Shown: positions 53,346 to 63,993 of the stretch, piece after piece
Numbering within the stretch: position 1 is the stretch's first letter
Layout: each line of letters opens with the position of its first letter
Assembly (NCBI GenBank): GCA_041739665.1
Contig: JBGSNK010000108.1
Span: 3,918-67,917, forward strand
Reading direction: 5' to 3'
DNA: 64,000 nt
From: Bdellovibrionales bacterium
GTDB lineage: Bacteria > Bdellovibrionota > Bdellovibrionia > Bdellovibrionales > JAGQZY01
Translations under genes and position numbers: made by a program
The notes under the pieces: model-generated
Database searches by the model: none
The model's input: the letters and a program-made list of their open reading frames with translations, nothing else
Told to the model about the DNA's origin: nothing

Positions 53346-54202
53346 AAAACATAGTTTTTATTTTTAATTCCCATTCTTTGACAAACGACACGGGTGATTT
53401 CAGAGGCTGTTTCCTCTAGGGCACGATCGGTGACATTGAAGACTGGCCAGCGCTTTTGTCTGTTAAAGATCTCTTTGGCATATTCAATTTCATCATAAAT
53501 ATTATCTAAACGAGCATATTCGCCACCAGGATCTTGGCCAAATTTTTCGAGACGATTTTTTCGGATTCGCTGCAAACTGCTCGGATCAATAGTAAGGCCG
53601 ACAATTTTCCTTTGATCGACTTCAAAAAGTTCTTTGGGAAGAGGTGTGCCCTTAACAAGGGGAATATTGGCCACTCTCCATCCTTTGTAGCCAAGGAAAA
53701 GACTTAAGGGAGTCTTACTTGTTCGACTGATTCCAACCAAGATAATATCTGCCTTGTCGAGGTCGTGAGCGACTTTTCCATCATCGTGTTTGACAGAAAA
53801 TTCGATAGCCTCGACCCTGCGAAAATAAGTTTCGTCGACGGATCGTAGTTTTCCAGCCTCGCGCTCTTTATTTTCGACATTTAGAAAAACATCTAAAGAT
53901 TTTAATAGAGGGCCGAGAAGGTCGACCTGAATAACGTTTTTTTCAGAGGCTTTTTCCTCCAGATAAGTGCGCAGACTGGGCGTCACTACAGTGTGAATTA
54001 TGATGGCGCCTCTTTTGAAGGCCTCGTTAACAACATTTTCTACTTGCGATTCTGTACGGACATTTTTATTGCGTACAATATGGAAATCAAACTTATTGTA
54101 GTGAACCACCGCTGCTCGAGTCATCATTGCAGCGGTTTCTCCAGTTCCATCGGAAACTATGTAAATAAAGGCCTTTTGATCTTCGTCTTCGCCTGAATTC
54201 AT
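53342..54202 (-). CDS. ppsR: Pyruvate,phosphate dikinase / PEP synthase regulatory kinase-pyrophosphorylase (DUF299)
   Basis: ..IYIVSDGTGETA.. and P-loop-like ..ILVGISRTSKTPLS.. Confidence 0.85.
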   Translation of the reverse strand: MNSGEDEDQKAFIYIVSDGTGETAAMMTRAAVVHYNKFDFHIVRNKNVRTESQVENVVNEAFKRGAIIIHTVVTPSLRTYLEEKASEKNVIQVDLLGPLLKSLDVFLNVENKEREAGKLRSVDETYFRRVEAIEFSVKHDDGKVAHDLDKADIILVGISRTSKTPLSLFLGYKGWRVANIPLVKGTPLPKELFEVDQRKIVGLTIDPSSLQRIRKNRLEKFGQDPGGEYARLDNIYDEIEYAKEIFNRQKRWPVFNVTDRALEETASEITRVVCQRMGIKNKNYVF

Positions 54203-54212
54203 CTAACCTCTA

Positions 54213-54635
54213 TTAGGATTGCGCAATTTCTTTTTGGTAAATATTATCGAGAATTCCATTGATAAAATTTTTGGCATCTTCAGAACTGTATTTTTTAGCA
54301 AGATCAATAAAATCGGTAAGGCACAACTTGGGGGCCGTTGGCGGATCTGGCATCAAACAAAGCTCGTATATAGCCAATTGTAGAATAATACGATCTATAA
54401 GCGCGATGCGGTCTAATCTCCAGTTTTCACTGTTCTCAGCAATAATCTTATTGAGAGTTTCTTCGTGTTGAAGTGCGGCTTCAGTCAAAGTACGTGCATA
54501 GTCGATTGTTTTGCTATCAAATTCAAAATTATCAACAAAAGAGTGAAACAAATCCTCTGCATTTTTATTTTCCACAAATTCTTGTTGAAATAGGATCTGA
54601 AGGGCCACCTCGCGAGCTCTGCGGAGAGATCTCAT
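54213..54635 (-). CDS. nusB: Transcription antitermination factor NusB
   Basis: ..RRAREVALQILFQ.., ..DRIALIDRIILQLAIYEL.. Confidence 0.9.
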   Translation of the reverse strand: MRSLRRAREVALQILFQQEFVENKNAEDLFHSFVDNFEFDSKTIDYARTLTEAALQHEETLNKIIAENSENWRLDRIALIDRIILQLAIYELCLMPDPPTAPKLCLTDFIDLAKKYSSEDAKNFINGILDNIYQKEIAQS

Positions 54636-55105
54636 ACCTGAATTTCTTTACTGCTGGAGGGGTCTTTCTCTTTCAGGTCGGCTAAGAACTCAGAAACATC
54701 TTTAAATGTTTTGTAAACGCTAGCAAAGCGAACATAGGCAACTTCGTCAACATTTCGCAGTTCTTTCATAACTTTTTGGCCAATCATAATTGTGCTGACT
54801 TCTTTATCGTTATGCTCCGACAGCCAAGAGCAGACAGATTCCATAAGTTGTTCAAGACGAGCCGCGCTAATAGGGCGCTTCTGACAGGCTGCCTTGATGC
54901 CGCCTAACAGTTTATCCGGGCAAAAAGGCTCGCGCCGTCCATCTTTTTTCATGACCATAGGAAAGCTTCGTACAATTGTTTCGATAGTGGAAAATCGTGT
55001 TTGGCAATTCTCACACTCACGTCGTCGTCGTGTCAGATCACCACCTTTTTGGCTGCGGGTATCTAAAACCTTTGTCTCTAGGGAATGACAGTGGGGACAT
55101 TTCAT
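54632..55105 (-). CDS. nrdR: Transcriptional repressor NrdR
   Basis: MKCPHCHSLETKVLDTR..RRRRECENCQTRFSTIE Zn ribbon plus ATP-cone. Start moved to ATG 55105. ATGA overlap with nusB. Confidence 0.9.
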   Translation of the reverse strand: MKCPHCHSLETKVLDTRSQKGGDLTRRRRECENCQTRFSTIETIVRSFPMVMKKDGRREPFCPDKLLGGIKAACQKRPISAARLEQLMESVCSWLSEHNDKEVSTIMIGQKVMKELRNVDEVAYVRFASVYKTFKDVSEFLADLKEKDPSSSKEIQV

Positions 55106-55207
55106 AACCCGACAAAGGTATGAAATATGGCTTCTAGGGTCAAGATCTTTACCTTCATAAGCCCTTGAGAACTGACAATTCGAGCCCAATTCACTTAAAA
55201 TTAAACG

Positions 55208-55834
55208 ATGCGAGATAGCTTTATCCTTTTCACTTTTTTTATGTTGCTCACATCGGTGGGGCTCGCTCAGGAAACAGGTAAGGGGGCGGCCATGAAGTAC
55301 TTTGTTCCCAACGCGAGCCAGTCGTCTTTAAAATCGGGAAAAAGTGTGGTGAGCCGTGTTCCAGCTCAAGTCCATCAGGAGACAGAGAATCTGCTCGGAA
55401 TTTCTGTTGGCAGTCTATTGAACTCAAAAAGTTATGGATGGCTTGAAGAGGAGACCTCAGGATGGAGTGTTGAGGCTCAGTATCTCTCTCAAGGAGAGGG
55501 TTATATATCTCGTGGTTATCACCTCGAATTGCAAAAATTTAGTTTTGAAGAGAGGGAGTTGACCAAACTGTCTCTTTTAATGAGCTTTAACTTTCCGAGA
55601 AGACTCAGCTTTCCGGTTTATATAGGTTTAGCAGGGGGGCCTAGCTATTTTGTCCAGCAGTTGAAAGGAAGCTCTGAGTTTGCTCTCGACTACAGGGTCT
55701 ACGCAGGACTCCGTTTGAATGGCACCTATGGTCAGTATTTTTTACAGTCCGGAGTGAAAAACCACATCCATGTGTTAGATTCTGGTCAATTCATTGGTTG
55801 GTTTTTTTCCTCGGGAGTGGCTTACAAATTTTGA
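55208..55834 (+). CDS. Small outer-membrane beta-barrel protein
   Basis: Signal peptide ..LTSVGLAQE. Alternating strand pattern. C-terminal ..SSGVAYKF. Confidence 0.5.
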   Translation: MRDSFILFTFFMLLTSVGLAQETGKGAAMKYFVPNASQSSLKSGKSVVSRVPAQVHQETENLLGISVGSLLNSKSYGWLEEETSGWSVEAQYLSQGEGYISRGYHLELQKFSFEERELTKLSLLMSFNFPRRLSFPVYIGLAGGPSYFVQQLKGSSEFALDYRVYAGLRLNGTYGQYFLQSGVKNHIHVLDSGQFIGWFFSSGVAYKF

Positions 55835-57015
55835 AATATCACGATCACCTTCTCACCGCATGTGCGGAAGCTCTCACAAGTATCTTTTTTGACAACCGTC
55901 ACGCTGACAAATGTATCGAGTTTTATTTTCGAAACAATAAAAAATGGGGAAGCCGCGACCGTCGTTTTTTTGCCGAGACAGTTTATGACTGTGTTCGTTG
56001 GTGGCGTCTTTACTGGTTTATGATTGATAAAGAGCCCAACCGCGAAACAATTGAGCTCATCGGGCCTTCTATCTGGCACCGTGGTCTGCCGTTGCTGACA
56101 CATTCTGCATCTTCAATCGAAAAATTTAGTCGTCTTTTTAAAGAAGCTCCACCTGCCATCAAGCAGTCGGTCCCGGACTGGCTTTATGATCAAATCAAAG
56201 AGGAGCTAGGCGAAGCAGGGCTTGCCTACTTGCCCTATCTGAACCAGGTTAACAAGCTCGTCATTCGAGTGAACACAATGAAAGTTCAAAAGAGTGAACT
56301 GAAAAACGAGATGCACAAGGCTGGTTATCCTTCTATGGATTTAGAAGGCTGTCCCGATGGACTTATTTTTCCAGAGAGACTGAACGTTTTTGCAACTCCT
56401 TTTTTTAAACAAGGAATGTTTGAAGTTCAAGATGGCTCAAGTCAACAGGTAGCCGACTATCTCGATATCAAACCTTCTATGCGAGTCATTGATGCTTGTG
56501 CTGGGGCGGGTGGTAAAAGTCTTCACATAGCTGATAAGCTTAAGAATGGAGGCAAGGTGGTTGCGCTTGATATTCACGATTGGAAGCTTCAGCAACTTAA
56601 GCTAAGGGCGCGGCGAAACAGTTACTCGAATATTGAAATGAAAACCATTGAGGGGAGCAAGACAATAAAGCGCATGCAAAAAAGTGCGGATCGCCTACTT
56701 TTAGATGTGCCATGTTCCGGGTTAGGAGTGTTAAGACGCAATCCTGACAGCAAATGGAAGCTGAATCCTCAATCCATGTCAGACCTCAGGAGCTTGCAGG
56801 CCCAAATATTACAAGATTACACTGGCATGTTAAAGCCCGGTGGGCGCATGGTTTATTCCACTTGCAGTATTCTCCCCAGCGAAAACGAGCATCAAGTGAA
56901 AAAGTTTTTAGAGGACCATCCAAACTTTAAGCTCTTGAAGCAACGGACTATTTATCCTGTTTTAGATGGTTACGATGGTTTTTTTATGGCTTTGCTTGAA
57001 AAGGCCAAGCAATAA
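55798..57015 (+). CDS. rsmB: 16S rRNA m5C methyltransferase (RsmB/Sun family)
   Basis: ..DACAGAGGKSLHIA.., ..LLDVPCSGLGVLRRNPD.., ..YSTCSILPSENE.. TTG 55831 is an alternative start. Confidence 0.8.
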   Translation: MVFFLGSGLQILKYHDHLLTACAEALTSIFFDNRHADKCIEFYFRNNKKWGSRDRRFFAETVYDCVRWWRLYWFMIDKEPNRETIELIGPSIWHRGLPLLTHSASSIEKFSRLFKEAPPAIKQSVPDWLYDQIKEELGEAGLAYLPYLNQVNKLVIRVNTMKVQKSELKNEMHKAGYPSMDLEGCPDGLIFPERLNVFATPFFKQGMFEVQDGSSQQVADYLDIKPSMRVIDACAGAGGKSLHIADKLKNGGKVVALDIHDWKLQQLKLRARRNSYSNIEMKTIEGSKTIKRMQKSADRLLLDVPCSGLGVLRRNPDSKWKLNPQSMSDLRSLQAQILQDYTGMLKPGGRMVYSTCSILPSENEHQVKKFLEDHPNFKLLKQRTIYPVLDGYDGFFMALLEKAKQ

Positions 57016-57052
57016 TTATAAGAAAATTAAAACAATCCAATTGGTTTAAATT

Positions 57053-59941
57053 TTAGAAGTTTCCAATGGCAAGATGGATAGCAAAATCACTTTCACGGTC
57101 GTAGAAGCTATTGATTCCGCCTGTTTTTCTATCCAGCTTGTAGCCCATTTGTAATACAAAAGAACCCACAGGGGTGTCGTATTTAAGGCCCGCACCAACT
57201 GAATCACGGTAAGGGTCTTGCAGGCTAAACTCACCGAGGTAGACAGCTCCGCCGTCATAAAACAAAATACCCCCAAGATTTCCAGAGATGGGGAAGCGAA
57301 CTTCAGATTTGACGAGAAAGAAAGCCGAATCATCGCGCACAAAGATTTCATCAAAGTCACAATCTGAAGTCGATTGGGTGGGACCTATTACTCTTTGTCT
57401 CAAGCAGAGTTCACGTTTGCCAGGAACTGTCTCGGTCGTTCCAATTGAAAAACCGCGTATGGTGGAGCTTCCACCCAGAAAAAAGGAGCGTACGCGGGGC
57501 ACTCCAGATCCATCTCGATCACTCATATTTTTGAGGTATCCACCACGAACAGAATTAACCCAAACCCAACGTCTGTTATCAGTTAGCGGTATATAGTGAG
57601 TTGTTGAAAAAGTAGCGCGATAAAAATTAATTTCAGAGGTGTCCGAAAAACGATCCTGACTATCAAAAGCCACTACGGTTCGAGTTTCGCGATTGGTGCT
57701 GCCAAGAACAGGGTTAGACAGCTCCAATTCAAAACGGCTGTAGCTCCCATCCGTCGGCAAAAACTGGTCATTGCGTTTGTCCAGTTCAAATATTGGGCCC
57801 GTCATACCAACATTAAAAGATCGTCTGGTTTGAAGCTCACGAACGTTAAAAGTTTCTTGATTGGAGAAACCAAGAACATTGTAAGTGAATCTAAATTGTC
57901 TGGAATATTCTTTTTCCAGGGAAAATCGTAGTTCGTTAGTTGAAAGTATATCAGAGTCGCCGGCACGAAAATCAAACAGCTGTTGCTCTCTGATCAAAGA
58001 GAGGCGGCCACGAACACGGTCTTCAAAAATGTAGGGTTCATAGTACGCCAGTGCAATTCGGTTTTCTATGTAATTGACGTCTTCTTGATAGCGCAAATCA
58101 ACCCGTCCACTGAGGGCTCTGGCCTTACCGCCGATATTATTGTAGAGAACACCCAAGTACCCACGATAAGTCAAGCGGCCCTCACTGAGGAGACCCACGC
58201 CTGAGGAAAATAAACCAGGTTTACGTTCATCGGTTTCAATAACAACAGTGGTTACATCTTCGTCTTTGGCTCGCTCAAGGGTGCGAACATCGACCCGCGC
58301 AAAAAGACCAGATCTTTCGAGTCGTCTCACAGAGTTATTAACTCTCGACATGTAAAGATAGTCTCCCTCCTTGAAGTCTAACTCTCTGCGCACAATGTAT
58401 TCCTGTGTTTTTTTGAGCCCGGTTATCTGGATATCTTTCACTTTAACCTTATCACCCTCATCGATTTGGTAGACTATATCCGCATAAGGCTGGCCAGGGT
58501 TGTATTGAATCACAGAAGAATCTGGATTTTTAATTTGAAACTCTAAATAAGCGCGTTCCTTGTAGAAATTAGATAATTTATCAAAACTTTTTTCAACTTG
58601 GTCAATGCTAAGGGGCTGATTGGGTTCAATTTCAACCTGTTCTTGCAGTTGAATATTACTAAAAGATTTTGCTCCTCGAAAGAGAACCTGGCGAACATAG
58701 GTGAGGATGCCTTCATCTATCTGTAAGCTAATATTAGCCCTATTCTGCTCGTTAAATTCGATGTTAAGTGCGGTGAGCTCAGCTTGCAAGTGTCCCTTTC
58801 TACGCAAGTCTGTAATTAAATTTTCTGCAGCATTTTCGACATCTTTTTGAACAAAGTAAATGGTATGGTTCTGTTCAGTTAAAAGTTTCTTAAATAAATT
58901 TTCGTAAAAACGAGGAGGTTTAGAAATTTTGCCAGAAACAATTATCTTGCCAATCGCTATCCTCGGGCCCTCGTTGATTTCAAAAAGAAAAACCTTTTTT
59001 TGCTCCTCGCCAAAAAATTTTTCAGAAAAATCTACACTGACTTTTGCAAAACCATTTTCTCGATAGAGCTCGATTATTTTTTCAATAATCTCAGAACTTG
59101 AATCACTCAGATAAAGAAACTTTGTGCCCACCTGTGTTTCGCGGACTAAGTCGTAATGAGAAAAGAAAGAATTACCATGAAACAAGAATTCATATTGAAT
59201 TGGACTTTCGATGTTAAAATTAAGGCTCACACGGGTTTTATCTTTATTAAATATAGCAGTTGTATTGGTGACTTTTGCTGTTAAAAACCGATTATTAAGT
59301 AGAAGATTATTTATTTTCTTTTCAATTTTGCTACTAGTGTTTTTTTGATAATTGGCCATAAAGTAGCTTTGCAACTCTTTACGCAGCAAATTGTTAAGGT
59401 TCTCATTTTTTGATTTAATGCGAATATCTTCAATTAAACAGTAATCTTGCTCAAAAACTTCGATATTAAGTATCAGTCCTTCATCTGTTTTTTCTTCAGT
59501 GCTATTCACCTTAAGATTGTAGTAGCCCAGGTTACGATAACTCTGTTCAAGGTTAGCAATTGCTCGCTGAATTTCAACGCGGCTTAAGATTTGACCAGGC
59601 TGGATAGCCATTTTAGAGAGGATCTCGTCTTTACTAAACGAAACATTGCCGCCAATATTAATTTTCACAATTTTTGTAGATTGTTCGGCTTTGATTTGAA
59701 CATAGTCGCCTTGAACTTTTTCAATATAGACAACTTGAAAAAGTCCGTCCTGTGAAATCTCTTTTACAATACGATCTAAATCCCTCAGACTTAAGGATTG
59801 ACCCATATAAGACTTTGTCATCCCATCAATAATTGGGATATTTGATTTCTTTAAATAATACTGAGCCCCGGCAGGGTTGGTTAGAAGAAAAACCAAAAGA
59901 GTAAAACTCAAATTTATGAAAACAGCCCTCATTGTCATCAA
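57053..59941 (-). CDS. bamA: Omp85-family outer-membrane protein assembly factor (BamA-type, 962 aa)
   Basis: Signal peptide ..TNPAGAQ. Long N-terminal POTRA-like repeat region. C-terminal barrel ending ..HLAIGNF. Confidence 0.82.
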   Translation of the reverse strand: MMTMRAVFINLSFTLLVFLLTNPAGAQYYLKKSNIPIIDGMTKSYMGQSLSLRDLDRIVKEISQDGLFQVVYIEKVQGDYVQIKAEQSTKIVKINIGGNVSFSKDEILSKMAIQPGQILSRVEIQRAIANLEQSYRNLGYYNLKVNSTEEKTDEGLILNIEVFEQDYCLIEDIRIKSKNENLNNLLRKELQSYFMANYQKNTSSKIEKKINNLLLNNRFLTAKVTNTTAIFNKDKTRVSLNFNIESPIQYEFLFHGNSFFSHYDLVRETQVGTKFLYLSDSSSEIIEKIIELYRENGFAKVSVDFSEKFFGEEQKKVFLFEINEGPRIAIGKIIVSGKISKPPRFYENLFKKLLTEQNHTIYFVQKDVENAAENLITDLRRKGHLQAELTALNIEFNEQNRANISLQIDEGILTYVRQVLFRGAKSFSNIQLQEQVEIEPNQPLSIDQVEKSFDKLSNFYKERAYLEFQIKNPDSSVIQYNPGQPYADIVYQIDEGDKVKVKDIQITGLKKTQEYIVRRELDFKEGDYLYMSRVNNSVRRLERSGLFARVDVRTLERAKDEDVTTVVIETDERKPGLFSSGVGLLSEGRLTYRGYLGVLYNNIGGKARALSGRVDLRYQEDVNYIENRIALAYYEPYIFEDRVRGRLSLIREQQLFDFRAGDSDILSTNELRFSLEKEYSRQFRFTYNVLGFSNQETFNVRELQTRRSFNVGMTGPIFELDKRNDQFLPTDGSYSRFELELSNPVLGSTNRETRTVVAFDSQDRFSDTSEINFYRATFSTTHYIPLTDNRRWVWVNSVRGGYLKNMSDRDGSGVPRVRSFFLGGSSTIRGFSIGTTETVPGKRELCLRQRVIGPTQSTSDCDFDEIFVRDDSAFFLVKSEVRFPISGNLGGILFYDGGAVYLGEFSLQDPYRDSVGAGLKYDTPVGSFVLQMGYKLDRKTGGINSFYDRESDFAIHLAIGNF

Positions 59942-62900
59942 TCAAACTCCAGTCGATACTCTAAATCTAAGCCCACTGGGTTATTTTGTCGAACAGCATT
60001 GATGTTATTGATGTTGTTAAGATCGTTGCTTCTATCGGTGACACGAAAGATTGTAGATAAATTATTGTCAATTTCGTAAGTTAAGCGTCCTTCCGTTTGT
60101 GAGACGTTTCCTGATGAGTGAGAGCCGGAAAGTTGAATTTTACGGCCAATCTTCTTACGGACAGTGACCTTTGGAACTGCCGCATTGTTTTGGTCGTCAA
60201 AGGCAGAAGAGAATTGAACATCCACACCATACTGGTCCAGCTCGCGTCCAATTGGATTGGTGCCGAGTAAGGCAGTTCCAATTTCAAATCCGCTACCTTG
60301 TTGATTAGTGCCTTGAGTTCCACTGACACCACTTGTGTTGGGTGCCGTTGTTGGAGCTATCGCAGCACCAGTAGCTGCCGCCGCTGCGTCAGAAGGGTTG
60401 GCAGTCTGAGCAAACTGGTCAGGCATGGTGCCTAGAGCGAGCATCGATATAATTTGATTCTCTGGCAGAGGAGGCTGACTTGAAACACTCAGTAAGGGTT
60501 TGTTGGCTCGACCTTGCAAAAAGATATCAATATCGTAAGTGTTGACGCGGGTGTTAGCTCTAAGCGTAAGCTTCGGGTTAATAGGGCTTTGTCCCTCAAA
60601 CACAAAACTAGAACTCGTAACTTGAAATTGATTATCACGCAATCGAATCACCGAGTTTCTGTCAAAATGAGCCTCACCTTTAATTCTTGGACTGTCAATT
60701 TTATCGTAGACTCGAAAATCTCCTGCAATATAGCCCTCGACCATTGCATTGCCGATCGATGTTCGTACTTCGATAGAATTTTCTGTGGCAATATCTAAGT
60801 TAAGCATCATGGGAGCTACAGTATCTTGTCGAAGCAGATCTTCTAGGAAATCCGACGACTTTTGTGGGCCGCCTGTATCTAGAATGCTATCGATCAGTCC
60901 ATCTTTAATTTTGTAGTTTCCAGAAAGGAGAAATGGGGGCTGAGAACCAGATAAAGTGATATTGGCATCGCCTACAGTCTTAAAGCCTTCGGGGAAATTA
61001 ATACTAATCCCTTCCATATTTGTGTTGATCATGAGGCTTAATTTTTTATCCCTATCAAAGCCCACTTCGCCGCTGCCAATAACCTTGCCACCGGCAATAT
61101 CACCATTCATTGAATTGATCAGAAGTTTATTCTGATTAAAAAGCAAATCGGCAGACATTGATTCAAAAGGATGTGGAAAGCCTGGAAGTTTAAAAAAACT
61201 ATCAGTTAGAACGGCAGAACCTACCAATTTTGTTTTTTGTTTTTCAATTTCGAGTTCAAGTCGTATGTCACTTGTACCGTCAATTCTATCGAAAAAAGGA
61301 ACAAAAAGTTTGAAAAGAGAGATATTAAGTCTTGAGTTAACGATCAATTTTGTTTTTTCGGGACTCGTTTCTGGTTGAGTGATTTTTATATATTGCCGAT
61401 CTCCAATGAAACTAATGTCATTCATATAGAGAGTTCTGTTTTTGAGTTCAAGACTTGTCGTCATTGTCTTGTTTATTCGGTTAGTTTTGAAATGAAAACC
61501 AACATCCTTGATTGTCGCAGAGAACTCAGAGTCCCAAAAATTTTGCCGATTGAGCCGTCCAGAGACTTCTCCAGACGTTTCTACCAGGTAGCGTCCAACA
61601 GGTTCGTCTGAGATAAAATAGCCAATTAGGGGTGCAATATCAAACTTGTTCATACTGAGGTTGATAAAAATAAGATCTGATTTATCTTCGGGAAGAACAA
61701 AGAGCAATTCCATTTGATCTGGGAAGTTGAACTGTAAATTCATTTGATTGTTAGAGTTGTCGAATGAAAAAAGTGGGTCACCATATTTTTTCTTATTAAA
61801 AATAAGATCATTAAGTTGTGCTTTGAGCTTTATTTCGGGCTTGCTAAGCAGTCCAGTTAAGGTGCCTTGAGCTGTGAAGCCACCAGAAACTGGAAACTTG
61901 AGGTCTTTTAAAAGAGTCGAGTATTGTAGATTGCCATTGTCGACCTGGTAGTAAATTTTAGCATCGAAAGTTTGATCAACTGTACCCTTGAGACTCAGTT
62001 GAGTTGTCTCTTTTTGCAAAATTGCATTTTCAATAATAATAATTCCATCCACAGCTTTTAGACTGAGTTGAGCATCGTTGTAGTCTTCACCTAAGATATT
62101 GCCGCGAAAAAGTCTGGCCTCAAACAAGAAATTCATTAGCTCCGTATCAAAAGAGGTATTCAGCTGCAGGCGTCCAGAACCAGAGCCTAAGAACCTATTT
62201 TCTAGATCGACTTTCTTAATAATAGCTTGTTGGACGTCTTCCATTCGAAAAAAGGGAAGACTAATGTCGCCGCGAATTCTATCTTTCAAAAGGTCAACTT
62301 CTAAGTTTCCTTGGAAACGAGTCGATTCCACTTGTCCTTTTAGCTCACGGAAAAAAAGCGTGCCTGATTTATAGTCCAGTTTTGTCTGGGTTTGACCCAA
62401 AAAGTAATCTTGGAAAACAAAATTTTCTAAATTTAAATCGATATTAAAAATGGCCCATGAGCTATCGCCTTTAACGCGCCCTTCAGCTTTACCAACTCCT
62501 TCAAATTGTAAATCTGCAATTGGACTTAACTCGTTCAGTTTAACAACAGGAGCTTGGTAGGTAAGATCAAAACCTTTTTCAAAATCAATCACTCCAGAAG
62601 ATTGTGCTTTTGAGCTCAGTGACTGGGCTTGAGCTTTGTAGGAAATATCATTTTCTGTAATTTCCATATCGCCATTAATTGTTATTTTTTTTGCACGGAC
62701 AATAGATTTTGTGTGGCTAGCATTTTTCACATGGAGGTCATTTACATCGAGCTCACCGTTGCATTTTACTTTAAAAGCTTTGGAAAATCCCCCTTCGCAC
62801 TTGGCTTGACCGACAACCGTTAGCCATACAGGAATGTCGGCAATTTTTGACTCTTTAAGGAATCCGTGTAAGTTGAATGGATTAAGTTTTAGGTTGGCCT

Positions 62901-63993
62901 GAATTGTTTTTTTGTCGGCAAGTTGTACCCGTCCATTTGTAATAGAGGCTATGCTCTTGCCAGATAAGTTAGCTTTAATGGAGTTGATGTTAATTTCTTC
63001 ATAGTTTGGCATTTCTAGATCGAGAGTGATGTCGCCAAGTTTGATCTTGCCAAGGTGAAACTGGTTAATATTTCCGCTAACCTTCGATTGGTAGACGGAG
63101 CTGTCGGCCTTTTTGCTTAAACTAATATCGACTTTACTTACACCTTTAAGATTTTCTATGTAATCGTTGGGATAAAAAACATTGGACCACTTGTGAAGAT
63201 CTGTGAAATTTGACTTGATTCGCGATTTGAGTGTCATTTCTAGTATGTTATCAAGGCTTTTTTTGTAAATGAGATTACCAGAGCTGATAAAGTAAGAGCT
63301 TTCTTTTATTAGGGCGAGCTTTGATAAAGAAATTGTGTTTCGAGTCATCATGACCTGTAAGTCTGCTAATATTGAAAAGGGTTCAGCTTTTTTCTTTTGT
63401 AGATCGGTAATTTGAATATTTGGATCTTTCAAAGTAAAAACAAGACTGCTCTTTTCATTGTAAGCTTTTATAAAAAGATTTTCGGTAAGAATCTTATACT
63501 GATCACCATAGGTAATAAGGGCTCGTATATTTTGTAAGGTGATCTGCGAGATGGGAATGTGTTTGAGTATTTCGTTTATGTCAAAATCGAGGCCTAATTT
63601 GTTATTGTCAGCCTGACTTGTGTTGCTTTTTAAGCGAATATCGAGATCTGTGTCGCGTAAAAAAACTTCACTAATCCAAAACTTACCAACTAATAAATCA
63701 ATGAGGCTGGGCTTAATTGCCAGCATTTTAACTTCAAAAGGCTGAATTGTAGCGGATAGATTTTTTTTAGGCTTGATCTTGCTATTGTGAAATTCAAGTT
63801 GCAAAGGAAAGATCGAAACATAGACTCTCTCCATGCTAATAAAAAAGGGCAAACTATCGGAGCGACTCATCGATTCGACATTCTTCTTTACAAATTCTTC
63901 GAGTTTTGGTTTCTCCCATATGTAAAGGTAGGTGAGACCTCCTATTAAGGAAGTTAGTAAAAAGTAGCCTAATACTTTTCTAAGCTTACTCAA
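59938..63993 (-). CDS. tamB: TamB / AsmA-like translocation-and-assembly-module protein (1351 aa)
   Basis: N-terminal TM anchor (YFLLTSLIGGLTYLYIW). Very long beta-rich repetitive body. C-terminal DUF490-like region (..YEIDNNLSTIFRVTDRS..LDLEYRLEFD). ATGA overlap with the Omp85 gene. Confidence 0.72.
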   Translation of the reverse strand: MSKLRKVLGYFLLTSLIGGLTYLYIWEKPKLEEFVKKNVESMSRSDSLPFFISMERVYVSIFPLQLEFHNSKIKPKKNLSATIQPFEVKMLAIKPSLIDLLVGKFWISEVFLRDTDLDIRLKSNTSQADNNKLGLDFDINEILKHIPISQITLQNIRALITYGDQYKILTENLFIKAYNEKSSLVFTLKDPNIQITDLQKKKAEPFSILADLQVMMTRNTISLSKLALIKESSYFISSGNLIYKKSLDNILEMTLKSRIKSNFTDLHKWSNVFYPNDYIENLKGVSKVDISLSKKADSSVYQSKVSGNINQFHLGKIKLGDITLDLEMPNYEEININSIKANLSGKSIASITNGRVQLADKKTIQANLKLNPFNLHGFLKESKIADIPVWLTVVGQAKCEGGFSKAFKVKCNGELDVNDLHVKNASHTKSIVRAKKITINGDMEITENDISYKAQAQSLSSKAQSSGVIDFEKGFDLTYQAPVVKLNELSPIADLQFEGVGKAEGRVKGDSSWAIFNIDLNLENFVFQDYFLGQTQTKLDYKSGTLFFRELKGQVESTRFQGNLEVDLLKDRIRGDISLPFFRMEDVQQAIIKKVDLENRFLGSGSGRLQLNTSFDTELMNFLFEARLFRGNILGEDYNDAQLSLKAVDGIIIIENAILQKETTQLSLKGTVDQTFDAKIYYQVDNGNLQYSTLLKDLKFPVSGGFTAQGTLTGLLSKPEIKLKAQLNDLIFNKKKYGDPLFSFDNSNNQMNLQFNFPDQMELLFVLPEDKSDLIFINLSMNKFDIAPLIGYFISDEPVGRYLVETSGEVSGRLNRQNFWDSEFSATIKDVGFHFKTNRINKTMTTSLELKNRTLYMNDISFIGDRQYIKITQPETSPEKTKLIVNSRLNISLFKLFVPFFDRIDGTSDIRLELEIEKQKTKLVGSAVLTDSFFKLPGFPHPFESMSADLLFNQNKLLINSMNGDIAGGKVIGSGEVGFDRDKKLSLMINTNMEGISINFPEGFKTVGDANITLSGSQPPFLLSGNYKIKDGLIDSILDTGGPQKSSDFLEDLLRQDTVAPMMLNLDIATENSIEVRTSIGNAMVEGYIAGDFRVYDKIDSPRIKGEAHFDRNSVIRLRDNQFQVTSSSFVFEGQSPINPKLTLRANTRVNTYDIDIFLQGRANKPLLSVSSQPPLPENQIISMLALGTMPDQFAQTANPSDAAAAATGAAIAPTTAPNTSGVSGTQGTNQQGSGFEIGTALLGTNPIGRELDQYGVDVQFSSAFDDQNNAAVPKVTVRKKIGRKIQLSGSHSSGNVSQTEGRLTYEIDNNLSTIFRVTDRSNDLNNINNINAVRQNNPVGLDLEYRLEFD

